Positions 11,378 through 25,399 of a stretch of 64,000 nt of DNA are shown one piece after another. Location of the stretch: positions 287,585 to 351,584 of the forward strand of contig NMRA01000058.1 of assembly GCA_002633005.1 (NCBI GenBank), read 5' to 3'. How positions within the stretch are numbered: the first letter of the stretch is position 1; every line of letters begins with the position of its first letter. The position numbers were made by a program, and so were the translations under genes. Source of the stretch: Phoronis australis. Lineage: Eukaryota > Animalia > Phoronida. A model generated the notes under the pieces. That model worked only from the letters and a program-made list of their open reading frames with translations, had not been told where the DNA came from and did not search any database.

Positions 11378-14300
11378 GTGAGTTCAGTGTATGTAAGCGG
11401 AAATTAGAAGTAAGTTAACAAATATTTTGGAGGTGAAGTGCCCTTTTTCATAGTAGTGGCTTTCCAATAATCTTTTTCTTTGTTCACACGATTTCTTTTG
11501 ACTCGCTTTAAAAATTTACCACTTGCCTATTCTTTGTGTTCTTTTGTTCATTATGAGTGTAACTTTCTTTCAGTGTGTGAGCTAGGACCAATGTATATTA
11601 CTCCCAGGTGTGAGGGAGGGGCGTCAGTTGTTACGCACCACACCGGCGCTGTGGGATGATTTCACTTATCAACTAGTTGGGATACAGGGGTGGTGTTATG
11701 AGTTTGACAACAATAACAAGGGGAGAAAGTTGACAAACCAATGTCTACATAGTTCATCTCTTTCATTCTGTGCCTTCATCTGATAAGCTCACATAATCCA
11801 GCATTTATGTTGTAAACAGCATGCCTGACACTAACCAATATTCAAGAAATACTATTTCCAAATGATGTGAAGATGTGTTTTTTTTTCTGAAATACTATCT
11901 CCAAAAAACTTCGAATGGAGAAGAACAGCTGAAATCAGAGAAATTGGATTTAACCAGTTTCACCTCTGATTCCTTTGTGTGACTGTTGGCTCTGACCCAG
12001 CATACTACCACAGCATTGTTTACCAACACATTAGGCTTGTTGGTCAAGGTTAATTGAACCTGAGCTGAGTCCAGATCAGATCCTGGTGTTCTTGGTTTTA
12101 ACAGTTTAGGGAATTGGTGTCTAACCTTAACATCATTGCTGTGGTGTGTAGTCTAGGACTCCTTGCTGAACTTGATATCAATTGGTATTGACACTAACAG
12201 GACTCCCTTACTGAAATTGTGGAGCAATTACAGGCTGCAGATGGCTAACATCTCTTGAAAGGCAGCTGCCAACTGCAAACTATGAAGCATCAGAGCTAAA
12301 AACTCAAACTCAACAGCACAAAAAAGAGAGAAAGAAAAGTTGAGATTTTTGTATACCATGAATAAAGACAGCAGCTTTGTATTGTTGAGTTTGTGTATTC
12401 TGTGTGTTGTATTCCTGTTATATAACTGTGGGTAATGGTGGCCAATGTAGTTCATTGTTGCAAAAAAGACTTTTCATAATGCCACTCTCTAGAGTAATGA
12501 GAGCACGAAAATCACTTCTGATTGATCCCAACTCATATTTGGGAAAAGTATAAAAAAACTTTTGTTCCAGTAGTTTGAAACCTCCTGTCCGCATTACTTG
12601 AGATCTGTAGGTGATGTTGAGCCCCTTCACTAAAGACTTTATCCTCATCTGTGAATTTCGTTATAATGTGGCTATTTCAAATTACTGTTACCAAGCTGAG
12701 GCCAACCCTACAATATAGTTGATGGCTTTGTGATGCTGGGAGTAAAATGTAATGAACCATGGATAATAAGGTGTGAGAATCTTGCCCTGAAGTCCACTAG
12801 TAGTGTGTGTGTGTGTGAATGAATAGGATATGTACAGCTTTTAAAATCAATAATAGGACAATGTTCAGCAACTGAGCATTGAATTTATCGATTATTATAA
12901 AAAAACGCTGTTTACTCCGAATCATTGTAGCTACCCTGATGGTGAAGTTGGCTTACACTCAGTCGTTAAGACAATAACTTCAAAGTTATTTTGTCTGATT
13001 TTTTAAACTTGGCATCATATTAACTTCAGATATGAGTAGATTAGATACATCAGGTAAAATGGTGAGTTTGATGCATTTCACTAGGCTGAGAAACAAGGTG
13101 GGTATTGTAGATTTTCAAGTACTTAATACCTAACAGATGCAGATTTATTTTTATATAAGAATTTTAGTTGTGAGCTCACAAAGAAAACTCATGAAATCAT
13201 GTAGCTATTTTATTGATGCCTTCGTTGGAATGTTTGAAATTAAGTGGTATTTTCAATTAAGTGGTAATTTCCTCTTTCAAATGAAATAAACACCATAAAA
13301 ATATGTATAGTAATTACCAAATATACCTAGTGTTTGTATACAAATGATTCTGATCATGTGAGTTGTGGGCGGAGCTTGTGCAAGGACAGTTGCATTGAAA
13401 ATGGGGGTGAACGGGATCTTAGCTATTTCTGATTTTGACAATCGCAAAACGTCCATCTGAACCCTCTATTTTGCGAAAGTGAGAAAGAGAATATTATCAG
13501 TCAAAACTGAAACAAAAGGCACAACAGGCATGAGTCACTGATACATGCATTCTGCTATACAAAAGGAGCTGACTTTGGGTCACTGGATAACAATGCTCAA
13601 CTGCACTAACTTTCTGGCTATTTATAATCCTCTTAAAGTCCAAGAAGGGCATGTTGTTAACCCTTATTACATGGTTAGAGGATTTTATAAGGATCCAAGA
13701 AGTACCTATCCCATAACTAATACACAATCGGTAATCAAATAAAGTTTAAATGAACGCGCCACTCGCGATTCGAACCCGAAGAACACACCACCATTTTGAA
13801 CTTACTGCGAACGCGCGGCTGAAGTACTATTCATTCAGGAACCCAGGCTTAGTATACACCATCTGTGCGACTGAAGCAGTGTCTGTTACCAGCCTGCAAA
13901 CGGGGGTAAAATAATCGACTGCGCGCCGGAACATTGATAAAATCAAAATACGGACAATTGTATCGAAATTGCTGACAAAATGTGGCGAATAAATATTGAC
14001 AGAAATTATCTTGCCTGACTGGGGCCCACAGCTGATCGGGCCCGGTGCGGACAGAGACCAGACACTGGCGAAAGGTAAAGGCATGCGGTTGCAAGCTGTT
14101 TTGTGGAAGTAAAAGGTTCAAATCATAAATGCCGTATACATACAAAGGTAGTTTCAGACACTTGCATAAAATTACGGTCTGGTTAGTCCTGTGTCACACT
14201 GCTGCAGCCCTTAGGTTAGCTAGCCTCAGTGCCAGCTAGCTAGTATGAGCACTATCGTCAAAATACAGCTAGTTAGTATACAGCTTTGCGCCAAGGCTAA

Positions 14301-14716
14301 CCCTTAGGCCTACCTGGTTTCTAGCCACAGCGCTCCCTCAAACGAGGTTTATTTAGAACTTGGAGTCTTCTGGTATGACGTTTTTTTAAATTTATTTATT
14401 AAGCTATTGAAATAATAGTAAACCGAAGGCATCAAGAAATGTTGCCTGAAGATACTAGTGAACATATTATTTATGGCAAGCTAATTATGTCATGCTTTGG
14501 TCACTCAATCATTGAAATGAAAGGACAAATCAAAGGACGATTATAATTTAATCATTTAGTTATACCACAGTTCAAATCAAAATCAAGTGCTTTCAGTGGT
14601 AACTCTTTAATTATTTAGTTTCAGTTCCTTCACAAAGTATCCATAAGCATTAATTTGTATTAATTGTATTTTTGTCTTAACGTGAATTAAGTGTATTACT
14701 GTTTAAAAACTTTCAA

Positions 14717-15312
14717 CATGCTATAAACATTCCCACTAAATAAGATTGGCCCAAACCCCGCCTATCAGGGTAAACGGTGGGGTTTGGCAGATTGAACTAG
14801 ACCGTATTTATCCACCTTGGCTGAGTCACCCTCGGCTCACGATCAAATGGAGGCTGCCAAGCTATTCATCGAGTGACATGCAAGGATAATTGGCTTCGCT
14901 CATGCGGATATGATCAGCTGATTGCAATCTAGCCTAGCAGACTGTACTTTTTATGGAGAGAGTTTGACGCAGTTTTTACTGTAATATTTGAAAAGAGGAG
15001 CGAAAACAAATACGAGTATAACTTTGAATTTTTCAAATCGGCCCAGGATAAGAGATTTTGCAACACAGCAACACTCACGATTACTTTCATTTAGCGCGCA
15101 CGAAAACAAAAATATAGGACACAAATTATTTAGATTTTGGAACAGATGCATTGCAATATTCAAAATACGTTTATTATAACTCTTACAAGCTGTAAAGCGA
15201 CGTTGTTTAATTTCATTGTGCTCATTCACTGTCATCCGTCAAATCGGAAATTTCCAAGATGTGATCTGCGGCGTGCGCGTATGTGTACAAAACATGTCAT
15301 TGTTATGTTCCT
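14717..15312. repeat. Interspersed repeat family B copy 2
   Basis: Direct repeat of 9290-9918, starting catgctataaacattcccactaaataagattgg. Confidence 0.85.
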
Positions 15313-15329
15313 CATAGTTTTAGTCTTCT

Positions 15330-15780
15330 TTAACTACCAAATGTGGACAGCCTGAGTATTTCACTTTAACTTTGATCCAACTGTTTCTTTGGTAGCCAGC
15401 AGGAGACAGGTAATGCAGGCAGTTCGCTGCTACTTGTTGCTTTAAACTTTGTTGGGCATTGACTGCTGTGATGACCATAGTCAGTACATTCCTTGGCTTT
15501 GTGGTTTTTGCTGTAGCAGACGAAGCAAGAAGTGTATAGTCTCTATTTTCGTTCATCTACTGTTCTGTACTTGTCACAATCACTGTTGTAGTGTTCACCA
15601 CTTCAGAAAATATGGGGACGCACTTAACAAATGATGTTTCAGTCTCCACTCAAAAGTGCTTGCTGTGTGATGGGTTTGTGGGAGAGCATTCTTAAATTTT
15701 GACTGGTTAAGTTCTGACTTACTGCTGTGGTCAGCTATTCGTTCAGTGACTTGTCTAGTCAATACGGTATAGTTTATCAT
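15330..15780 (-). mobile_element. BEL/Pao LTR retrotransposon gag remnant
   Basis: Minus frame EHYNSDCDKYRTVDERK*RLYTSCFVCYSKNHKAKECTDYGHHSSQCP resembles the triple zinc-knuckle region of BEL/Pao gag. Confidence 0.7.
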
Positions 15781-16227
15781 TATTTTTTTCTAGCGAGATG
15801 ATTGAGTTATTTATCAGGCAAAACTGCATTTCTACTCTTTCTTCGTCACATGATGTGCTGAGAAACTTTTCTTTTGCTTTAATTTTTTCCTTTGTTGATT
15901 TTTTAATCTTTGTCAGTGTCACTTTCAATTTTTAGATTCCTGGGTTTTTGCACCATTTTTATGTTGTGAACTGTCTTACACAAGATAGTGGGAGGGGGTT
16001 GGCGCTAATGGGAGGGGGTTGTACGGACAGAAGAATAAAAATGATCGGTGCTAGAAAGTGGCTACGGGCCTGGAATATCGAGCCTAGAGCCAGGCAGTTC
16101 TGAGGAACTTTGGACCCAAGGAATATCGCAATGCAACAGGTCTTTTATAACCCCAGGGGGTCTAAGTTCATTGTCAAGTAAATTAATACCTGGGTCGCTG
16201 AAACTTATCTGGTACAGAGTTGAGCAG

Positions 16228-16394
16228 GCGTGCGTTCAGTAATGCTAGGACCTACGCTAGGACCTACGCTAGGACCTAGCTAAGATCTAGCCAAAGTCGC
16301 GTGTTGTCATTTAAAATACACGGCAATATATCACGTCAAGAATCTCGCAAAGTCTTGCTTTTTTAGCGAGGTCCTAGCGTTACTGAATGGGAGG
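16228..16394. mobile_element. Short PIF/Harbinger-like MITE, family C copy 1
   Basis: TIR core gttcagtaa(t/c)gctaggacct / aggtcctagcgttactgaa; flanked by CAG on both sides; inverted homologue at 33346-33496. Confidence 0.75.
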
Positions 16395-19300
16395 CAGGTA
16401 TATTCTCTCAGTTAGCACTGTCGCTATTCTCGTTTGATGTGTGACTTAGAAGTGGCGCGTATGTATGTTCCCACACTTGAATCGCTGGAGTGCAGACAGC
16501 AACATATTGCGAGTGACAGGTGACTCATACATACGCGCGTACTCAGCCCCACAAAGTATAGTAGGGCTGGAGAATTTGCTGTCTTGCCATAAAAAAGAGA
16601 CGCATTTCCAAGTCACGGTCTGTCGGGACATTGCGCCGCAGCGAGATGATATTGTTGGGGATATTGTAATAGGCTAATCAGGAAAGCTTGCATGAAAAAT
16701 AACTGTTTTTTCATCACAAATTCGGTAAGTTGGTCACTAGTGAATGAAACTTTGCTGTGACGTTTCTAACTGATCACATACTATGGCGTGGTCCGAATTT
16801 TTTGTCGGCTCATCCAAAAATTTGCAAAAGTAGCCGAAAACACCAGCCAATGAAATGCATCAAAGATCGGTTCTAAATTATCCAAATACATTTACAACTA
16901 AATGAAGAGGGCCGAGTGTTCAACTTGATTTGGAAACAACCAAATAGTGGCCGGATTTGCACAAGTGCCAGGTATCTACTTGCTGCCAAAAGCTAGCCTA
17001 TGCTTGCGTTCTTGGAAATTTCCAGGTTGCATGTTGCGACTCAATAAGAAATGACCAGTCTCGGCTCGCATTTCCCAATTTCAGGTCGCGGACGTCTAGC
17101 GCCGAGTTGATTACAACCAACACCGAACTAGCGCACACTCGCTGAGTAGGCATTGCTGGTTAGAGCTAGTCACTAACTTACCATGGCTACCGATAACCCC
17201 AATGATTGTTGATTTGTTTAAAAGTTATTTTAATCAACGAAGATACTTGTACGAACTATTTTTCGCTCGATCACCTAGTGTGCGAAGTATTTTTCCTGAG
17301 GACCTCCACTGTATGAGTTCTTTACACGCATCCGGTGTCAAAGTCATAAAATATTAGGCAAATACTTGCTGTTGAGTAATGCCCTTGCAGTAACTTTTCA
17401 TTGGCGACTGGCTCATGTCCTCTTACCTCCGATTCTCATCTTCATTGCGTAGCGTGTTTCACGCAACTGAAGTTCGAGATAAGACAGCTGCACTAAACCT
17501 TACGTTGACAATTCATTAGGTTGCGGATTCTAGAACATAAGCATTCCCAACCATAAAAAACACCTTAATTAGTTTTTCAAACATTTATTACGTCAAACAA
17601 CTCATTAATTGCTCTTTGAATTCAGAACTTTACAGCTAATACGCACACAGTTCTACTCACGTCACGAGACCACTGTGGCCATAAATCTAATCCTATGATG
17701 TAATCTCTGCAAAACGTGAAGATTGCACGTATGCACTTCGTCACGTGACAATAGTTGGAATTAAACTGGAGCACTGTATAGTCATTTGTCATCTGCACAC
17801 TACAGTCACCGGAATCAGCTCTAACAAGACTACGGGACGTCACGGTACTGATACTCTCCACTTTTGTAAATTTATTTGTGTAGTACTAATCTGAGGGTAA
17901 CAGAACTTTGTTGGGAAAATCCGCTGTTATGACAATTTTATCGCCATTTGGCGACACTTGAAAATCTTATCGCTATTTCCACATTTTCTGTCGTCAAAAA
18001 TGGCGATCTGAAAAACACTTTCCAAGCTCTATGCTAGCATAATAAAGCAAATAACGGATTCCGATCACCTGAATAGAATTGGCGCTTATTGATTTGTGTT
18101 CTTTTATAAGAATGAAAATTTCCATTTTACCGATCCAAAAAGTGATGCAAATATGTGTACGAACTATTTTCCCCTCGGACGCCTACTGTACGAACTATTG
18201 GAGACAAACAGCAGGTTTCAAGGGTCCTGTACAAACTAATAGTGTGTACGAATTAATTATTTTCACCGAAATATGTACTCTGTTTTCAGATATGTTATTG
18301 GAAAATGCTGTCAAGCTTATTTTAAAGATGAATTGACAGGAATAAACATTAGTGACTGAGTGAAGTCCACAAATTCCATCTGACTTTATTGTGAGTTTTG
18401 ACTACTCTCATCTCTTGAAATCTGAATATCTACTCGAACCCTAGTCAAACATCCTTGCCACTATGTTAAGGCCTTATTATTTCCAAAATTTTGTCAATGA
18501 TTTCCTTTGTTATATTGTGCAAATGAGACTATCATTTTGAAATAATTTACACTAACCAATGGGCATTTTGTTCATTGAGGTATGAGTCATAGGCCTCATT
18601 TAATTTGCCTAATTAATAATTTCTTGAATTTTGTATCATAAATAGGAGTAAACGATACATTTTCCGTTATCCAGTTCATCAATAGCTATGCACCAATGTC
18701 TGCTTCAGAATGTGCAACCTGAGGCAATAGTCATAGAAATCAATGGAGAATAAACAGCTTTACATGTTTACCGAAATTATGCCCAATAAAAGTGTCGAGT
18801 AGCCTGATCTGGTTACCTGTACAAACTTAGTGGACCATTTAGGTGTTATTTTGTTGGCATCCTCATACGATTTAATTGTTCTTGTCTGAGCTACTGCTTG
18901 CTGTATTTATTCTGCTGATATCAGTCATTCCTGTTCACTTACAGTGTTTCAGCAGCCTATCATACAACTTGGTAATTAGGCAGGTATCACATTTCAGTAC
19001 TGCTCAGAAAGCCAGACAAAAGAATCTTCCTTTTGAGAGCTTGAAAGGGATGTTAGTAGGGAGTGACTATATCAAGGTACCTAAACTACACGGTTAACGG
19101 GCTCATAAACATGGTCACGGACGCAAGATCACAACTCACGTACCTGCAAACACTGTTCACTGACTCACAAACACGGGAACGAATTCACAAAACACGATCC
19201 ATTCACCCAAATACATAGGACACAGACTCACATTCACAAAGAAACAGGGTCAACGGACCACCAAACACGGTTTACGGACAAAATGTAGATGTCAGCTGAC

Positions 19301-21631
19301 CCAGGAAGCCGATGAGTCCGTGACCCGCGAATTTTTTTTATTTTATTGCGTCATCAACCTTGTGTTTGATTAAAATTAGTCTATTTTGAAATATGTTTTG
19401 GGAATGATCTTGTATAAAGTGATGCGGAACTGTTTTAGTAAACTCATACTTAAATATTGGCTTTATTATTTTGTGTTCCACAATGTGATGTGAATCTGTT
19501 TAGTAAATGTATAATAATAATAATAATCATTATTATTGTTGTTGTAATTATTATATGTCAGTATTAGAGGGAATTTCTTAACACAACTTAGTAAGGTCAA
19601 GTGAAAAAATTAGCACGTTTATTGACTCTGCGCGTGCCTAAAACTTTACTGCGCCAATTTCTAAAAAAATTTCTAGGTATCAGAAAAAAAGTATTTGCAG
19701 AATGCTTAAATACTCGTAGAAAGTACACAATGTCATCATCGCAGTCAATAGTGTGAGTTTTTGGCTACTAGATCCTAACACTGCCAATATTTCTGTCGAC
19801 ATTGATCTCTGCAAGTTGATCTACATACATCGTAGATGGAAAAAAACATGCAAAATCAACTTGGGTTCTTGAAACTGAGATATAAGACAAATTCTCATGA
19901 AAAATAAAGTTATCGCACAAGATGAAAGTCAGTATCTGTCATGGTCCTGTTAAGCTCTGTTTTTAACGTGACTGCTCTAAGACATAGTTGGCCTGCATAT
20001 TCAACCTCTCTATTCAATGCAAGGTGTTTTGGAACCCTTTTAAAGTTGTGATTTATATTAATGTTTCATCAACTTTAATTTTTCTTGCTGAGTTGTTAAA
20101 TATGATCACTGTAATCAAGCCTAGCTAAATCTAGTAATAGATCAGCCTTTGGCATACTGAGGGATTTGAGCCTAAGGCTTTTGATGTGGTGACATGCCGC
20201 TTTCTTGGTGCTCTGGGGTAAAAAATGCAAGATTCCTATGGAAATGTTTTCAAAGGGTTTAACTAGGGAATTTCACCAATGCATGTCTCAATAGTTAATC
20301 ATGCTTAAAATTCATTTAAGGATTACAGTATAAACTACTTTATCTGAGGGAAACATTTAAATAGACTTAACTACAATAAGAGAAACATCTTTGTTTTCAC
20401 TGATTCAGTTCCAATAAGTTGTGGTGTGGAGAACGTACTAACCCTTAGGTAGTCATCAGTGGTCCATAGTGTTTAACAGATGTTGGTTTTATAGAATAAT
20501 AGTTAAGCAAAGAATATAAATACCTGCTTCCCACTATTCTGGTCACGGTTGGATTCTTGGCCGAACAGAGGTGATGAATTGAAAAAATAAATGACTTCCT
20601 CAAGTGGATATCACCCACAACTGTAGTTCAACCCAGCTGCATAGCCAAACTGAGGATTTGCAGAGACAATAGCCCAGTGCTTCACCACAAGCAAACCTAT
20701 CGGATTTCCTATCCTTTTTGTGAATAGCCACTATTGGTTGAATGATTTTCCTAGGGTGGTCCTACAATCACATGTATGTTATTTCAATCCCAAAATTGTC
20801 AAGTTTGCCAGCAGCAAATGCACGCGGATCAGCTTTGTTTTTATTTGTTTATCAGTAGTTATGTTTTCTCAAACTGCTCCGCATACATAACTCTGCTGAA
20901 GGAAAATTACCGTTACTTGTTATTGTAACAGTTACCAATAATTTGTACCTATTGAAATTTTTGTCGTAATAAGCCCTAATGTTAGTGAATTCATCAGGTT
21001 TTGTGCTTTAACATCTTGTAATTTTAGCGTTTTTCTGTTAACACTGATTGCACATGGTCTGTTGTATTCAGGCCTATGCCTGTGTGTGTTCTACTTTACT
21101 AGAAACTGGGCCACAGTATTTATTGCATGTTTTTCTTTAATTTAGTGACCAGGTCAAGGAATTTTGGCTTTGTTGGTTAATTTATTTTTCTAAGCAAAGA
21201 TTAGATAATAAATTTCTCTCACCTTTTGTAATTTTTAATCTTCCATGAGATTCCTAATTGTTTATTTGGTAAATTCCAAAACCACTTGAAGGAGGTTGGT
21301 GAGCACTTAAAAGTGATTGAGTGAGCAAAATGATTTTTGAAATTTTATTCTGCTTGTAGCATTGTAGTAACTAAGAAAAAGGTTGTTGAGCTAAGTCGTC
21401 CCTTTGAATCCTTTCTGCAACAGTATAAGGCAAAAATAATCACAGAATTTTGTTTCCTGTCATGACAGCTAATTCTGTTGACAACAAAACTCTATTAACG
21501 GCTATTATGGTGGTAAAATTCTAGTAACATAAGTTTCCTGTAAATTCCCTTACATTCCCTGTCATTATGGAAGACAACACTTACAACGAATCAAATTTCC
21601 ACCCAGTTACTGTGATTGGAATTCAGAGTCA

Positions 21632-22670
21632 TTTTTATGTGCCCACATATTTATATGTGGATGCATTATGCCGTCATCTCATTCTGTCTGTCCGTCCGGG
21701 CGGCGTCCGGCCGGCATTCGACCAGCGTCCGGCGTCCGCTGCTCTATCTCCAAAACCCTTTGACACATGTTCATGAAATTTGGTACATATGTTCCATTCA
21801 TGAATGGAACGGCATGAGTGAACTTTCGGAGGGATCCAACTACGGGTGTGCCCCCTAGTGACAATTTTCTTTTTTACGCTTACCTTTGTATCTTCAAAAG
21901 TCCTGAACGGATTTTCATGAAATTTGGTATGTAGGCACCTATTAGTGAGATGACGCTATCCTCCCGTTTTTGGATGGATTCAATGTAGTTTGCGCCACCA
22001 AGTGGCCATTCTGTTTTGCGTCCACCCCTCTATCCACCAAACCGCTCATAGGATGATTGTGAAAATTGGCATGTATGTGCTTAGTATAAAGAGGACGATT
22101 GACGATGATTTTCTGACAATTTTGAATACTGTGGCACCTCCTAGTGGCAGTTTTGCACACCATTTACATGGGAGCATTTCAACGCTCTGCGTTGCTCTTG
22201 TTTCTGAATGTCTTTGGCATGTGGTGTATTTGTATTTTAAGGATGAAAGAAATTTGATTTTTATGGACTCACGTATTCAGTGTATGCATCATGGCATTAT
22301 CCTCGTTGATCTGGTGACTGCTGGTGTATCTCCAAAACCCTGTGATGGATGTTCGTGAAATTTTGTAGACATGTTCTTATCATGGATGGGACAGCACGAG
22401 CGAATTTTCAAATGGATCTAACTGTGGATGTGTCCCTCAGTGACAATTTTCTTTTTCATGTTTTCCTCTATTGTATGGAGTTTCAAAACACATTTTTATA
22501 GAATTTGGCAAGTAGGTAAATATTTAAAGGAGACAATGATGTCGCCTTCTTGTTTTCAGGTGGATTGTGCTTTACCTAGTGGCTGTTCTTACTGTTATTT
22601 TTTATTGGCATCTGCCTCTCTATCGGCCAAACAACTCTAAGGAGAATTATAAATGAAAATTGATAAATAT
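21632..22670 (+). mobile_element. HINE copy 2 (complete 21632-22203) plus adjacent degenerate satellite subunits
   Basis: Starts tttttatgtgcccacatatttatatgtggatgcatt; ends gggagcatttcaacgctctgcgttgctcttgttt, the same termini as 58371-59879. Confidence 0.85.
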
Positions 22671-22678
22671 GTGTGGTC

Positions 22679-22942
22679 CTACTGGGATGGTGCTACTGGG
22701 ATGGTGCTACTGGGATGGTGCTACTGGGATGGTGCTACTGGGATGGTGCTACTGGGATGGTGCTACTGGGATGGTGCTACTGGGATGGTGCTACTGGGAT
22801 GGTGCTACTGGGATGGTGCTACTGGGATGGTGCTACTGGGATGGTGCTACTGGGATGGTGCTACTGGGATGGTGCTACTGGGATGGTGCTACTGGGATGG
22901 TGCTACTGGGATGGTGCTACTGGGATGGTGCTACTGGGATGG
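22679..22942. repeat. 14-bp minisatellite (CTACTGGGATGGTG)n, ~19 perfect copies running into the gap
   Basis: Directly visible; explains the periodic MVLLGWCYWDGATG pseudo-ORFs. Confidence 0.97.
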
Positions 22943-23846
22943 NNNNNNNNNNNNNNNNNNNNNNNNNNNNNNNNNNNNNNNNNNNNNNNNNNNNNNNNNN
23001 NNNNNNNNNNNNNNNNNNNNNNNNNNNNNNNNNNNNNNNNNNNNNNNNNNNNNNNNNNNNNNNNNNNNNNNNNNNNNNNNNNNNNNNNNNNNNNNNNNNN
23101 NNNNNNNNNNNNNNNNNNNNNNNNNNNNNNNNNNNNNNNNNNNNNNNNNNNNNNNNNNNNNNNNNNNNNNNNNNNNNNNNNNNNNNNNNNNNNNNNNNNN
23201 NNNNNNNNNNNNNNNNNNNNNNNNNNNNNNNNNNNNNNNNNNNNNNNNNNNNNNNNNNNNNNNNNNNNNNNNNNNNNNNNNNNNNNNNNNNNNNNNNNNN
23301 NNNNNNNNNNNNNNNNNNNNNNNNNNNNNNNNNNNNNNNNNNNNNNNNNNNNNNNNNNNNNNNNNNNNNNNNNNNNNNNNNNNNNNNNNNNNNNNNNNNN
23401 NNNNNNNNNNNNNNNNNNNNNNNNNNNNNNNNNNNNNNNNNNNNNNNNNNNNNNNNNNNNNNNNNNNNNNNNNNNNNNNNNNNNNNNNNNNNNNNNNNNN
23501 NNNNNNNNNNNNNNNNNNNNNNNNNNNNNNNNNNNNNNNNNNNNNNNNNNNNNNNNNNNNNNNNNNNNNNNNNNNNNNNNNNNNNNNNNNNNNNNNNNNN
23601 NNNNNNNNNNNNNNNNNNNNNNNNNNNNNNNNNNNNNNNNNNNNNNNNNNNNNNNNNNNNNNNNNNNNNNNNNNNNNNNNNNNNNNNNNNNNNNNNNNNN
23701 NNNNNNNNNNNNNNNNNNNNNNNNNNNNNNNNNNNNNNNNNNNNNNNNNNNNNNNNNNNNNNNNNNNNNNNNNNNNNNNNNNNNNNNNNNNNNNNNNNNN
23801 NNNNNNNNNNNNNNNNNNNNNNNNNNNNNNNNNNNNNNNNNNNNNN
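22943..23846. other. Assembly gap (904 N)
   Basis: Run of n. Confidence 0.99.
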
Positions 23847-23849
23847 TTG

Positions 23850-24085
23850 TGATGTTGTTCATCATCGCCACCAACATCATCATATTCGTCATCATCGTCA
23901 TCATCTTCGTCATCATCTCCGTCTTTTCCTTAATTTCGCCAAGTGTCGCTCAAGACTAGCCTTTTTCTTACTGATTTCGGACTCCTACGTTCGTCATGTG
24001 TATGTTATTAACTTCTTTTGTTCATCCTCGCCACCATCTTCGTCATATTCGTCATCTTCGTCATCATCTTTATCGTCATCTTTTT
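23850..24085. repeat. Degenerate (TCA/TCG)n low-complexity microsatellite
   Basis: tcatcatcgtcatcatcttcgtcatc tracts in two blocks. Confidence 0.8.
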
Positions 24086-24289
24086 GGTTAATTTCGCCAA
24101 GGTTCGCTCCTCGGAGCGCTTTCATTTTGGAGTTTCTTGGGAGATTTTTATGAAACATGGCATATAGGTTTTTATTAAGTAGACAACTTTACATCAAATT
24201 TCCAGATGAATTAATCGTTGCATGTCACTCAATGCTGTTTTTGTTATTCTTTAGCCTAGCTTTTGGTATCTGCTACTCTATAAGCCAAG

Positions 24290-24700
24290 AATCGTGTACT
24301 AGGCATTATCTTGGATGTGAATTTAGCGAACATTTTGTAAAGTTGAGACTGAAACTTAAGAACACATTTTTATGACTGTAAAACAATTTTATAATCATTC
24401 AGTCAGAAGTAGAAATCTGTGTGCTCTCCAGAGGAAATATTAATTTTCATTTTACCAAAAGAGAAATACTTTTTGGTAATATTTCTGATGCAGGAAGTAA
24501 ATTTTTAAATTGGTTTATGCTAACGTGCAAAAAAATCATTTATCAAGTGAGATTCAAGGTTGTGATGACAAATATTTTTGGTTTTATCGGAATATTAAAA
24601 TATGAAATCAACTGTCAGAAACTTCTGCTTTTGAAAACCGGTTTTACCGAAGAATAAAATAAGCACTGTAGACAATTATACCATGTCTTATCTGGTGAGC
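24290..24700 (+). mobile_element. L1/Tx1 LINE ORF2 C-terminal remnant
   Basis: FCKVETET*EHIF(YDC) zinc-finger-like motif, then FTKREILFG...FLNWFMLTCKKIIY. Confidence 0.6.
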
Positions 24701-25399
24701 ATTCGCAATTGATTAAAAACAACTTCTTGTGCATGTGCGTATGACTGTTTCTTTCCCTTCATATATACGCACTGTACATATCTTTGAGTAATTAAAAAAA
24801 AATGTGTTTTTTCTTATGGCTGACAATGATTTTTGAATAGGTTCGACCATTGTGGCGCCCTCTTGTGGATTTTTTAAAAATCTCTGACTCATTATAAGTT
24901 CCTTGATGGCTGTTCAAAAATTTGTCATGTGTTTCTACTAAGGATAGTATAAATAAGAGGATATAGAGCATAAATATGAACACAAATTAAATACTTGAAA
25001 TATTGAAATGTGAAACGAGTAGCACACCATATACTTTGGCTAATGTTGTATTTTTTGGGTAAATTTCCTATCACGGTGGTGGTGGTGGTGGCAATCATAT
25101 GATGAATGAAGATATTAGAAATTAGGAAGAAATAAGCTATAGTCTTGTTCAATAGAAGATAACCCAACAAAAGTGCAACAGAAATCGGTCAACAAAGGAA
25201 CAGCATCATCAGAAAATCCTGAATAATTTGAAAAAGAGACGCCCTAGCAAAAAAAGGAGAACATCTTTGAAAAGTCATTCAAAACTTTCTGTGTGTGAAT
25301 TTCGTCAGAATAGGACAAAAAATGCGACCTGTAGAGTGCGCACAAACAAAAACACTTGATGTCAGAGCAACATACTTGGCGAAGGTCTTTCGAAAAATT

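Noticed and set aside
12228-12720. Minus-strand ORFs with a GGFKLL LINE-like motif
   Set aside because: Too short and degenerate to assign.
9290-15312. Intact LTR retrotransposon bounded by the two 600-bp direct repeats
   Set aside because: No TG...CA ends, PBS, PPT or pol seen; the interior contains a conserved host ACAP exon; the nearby gag-like remnants lie outside the repeats and differ in type.
22653-24153. 337-497 aa ORFs in the ORF track
   Set aside because: Artefacts of a 14-bp minisatellite plus 904 N translated as X.
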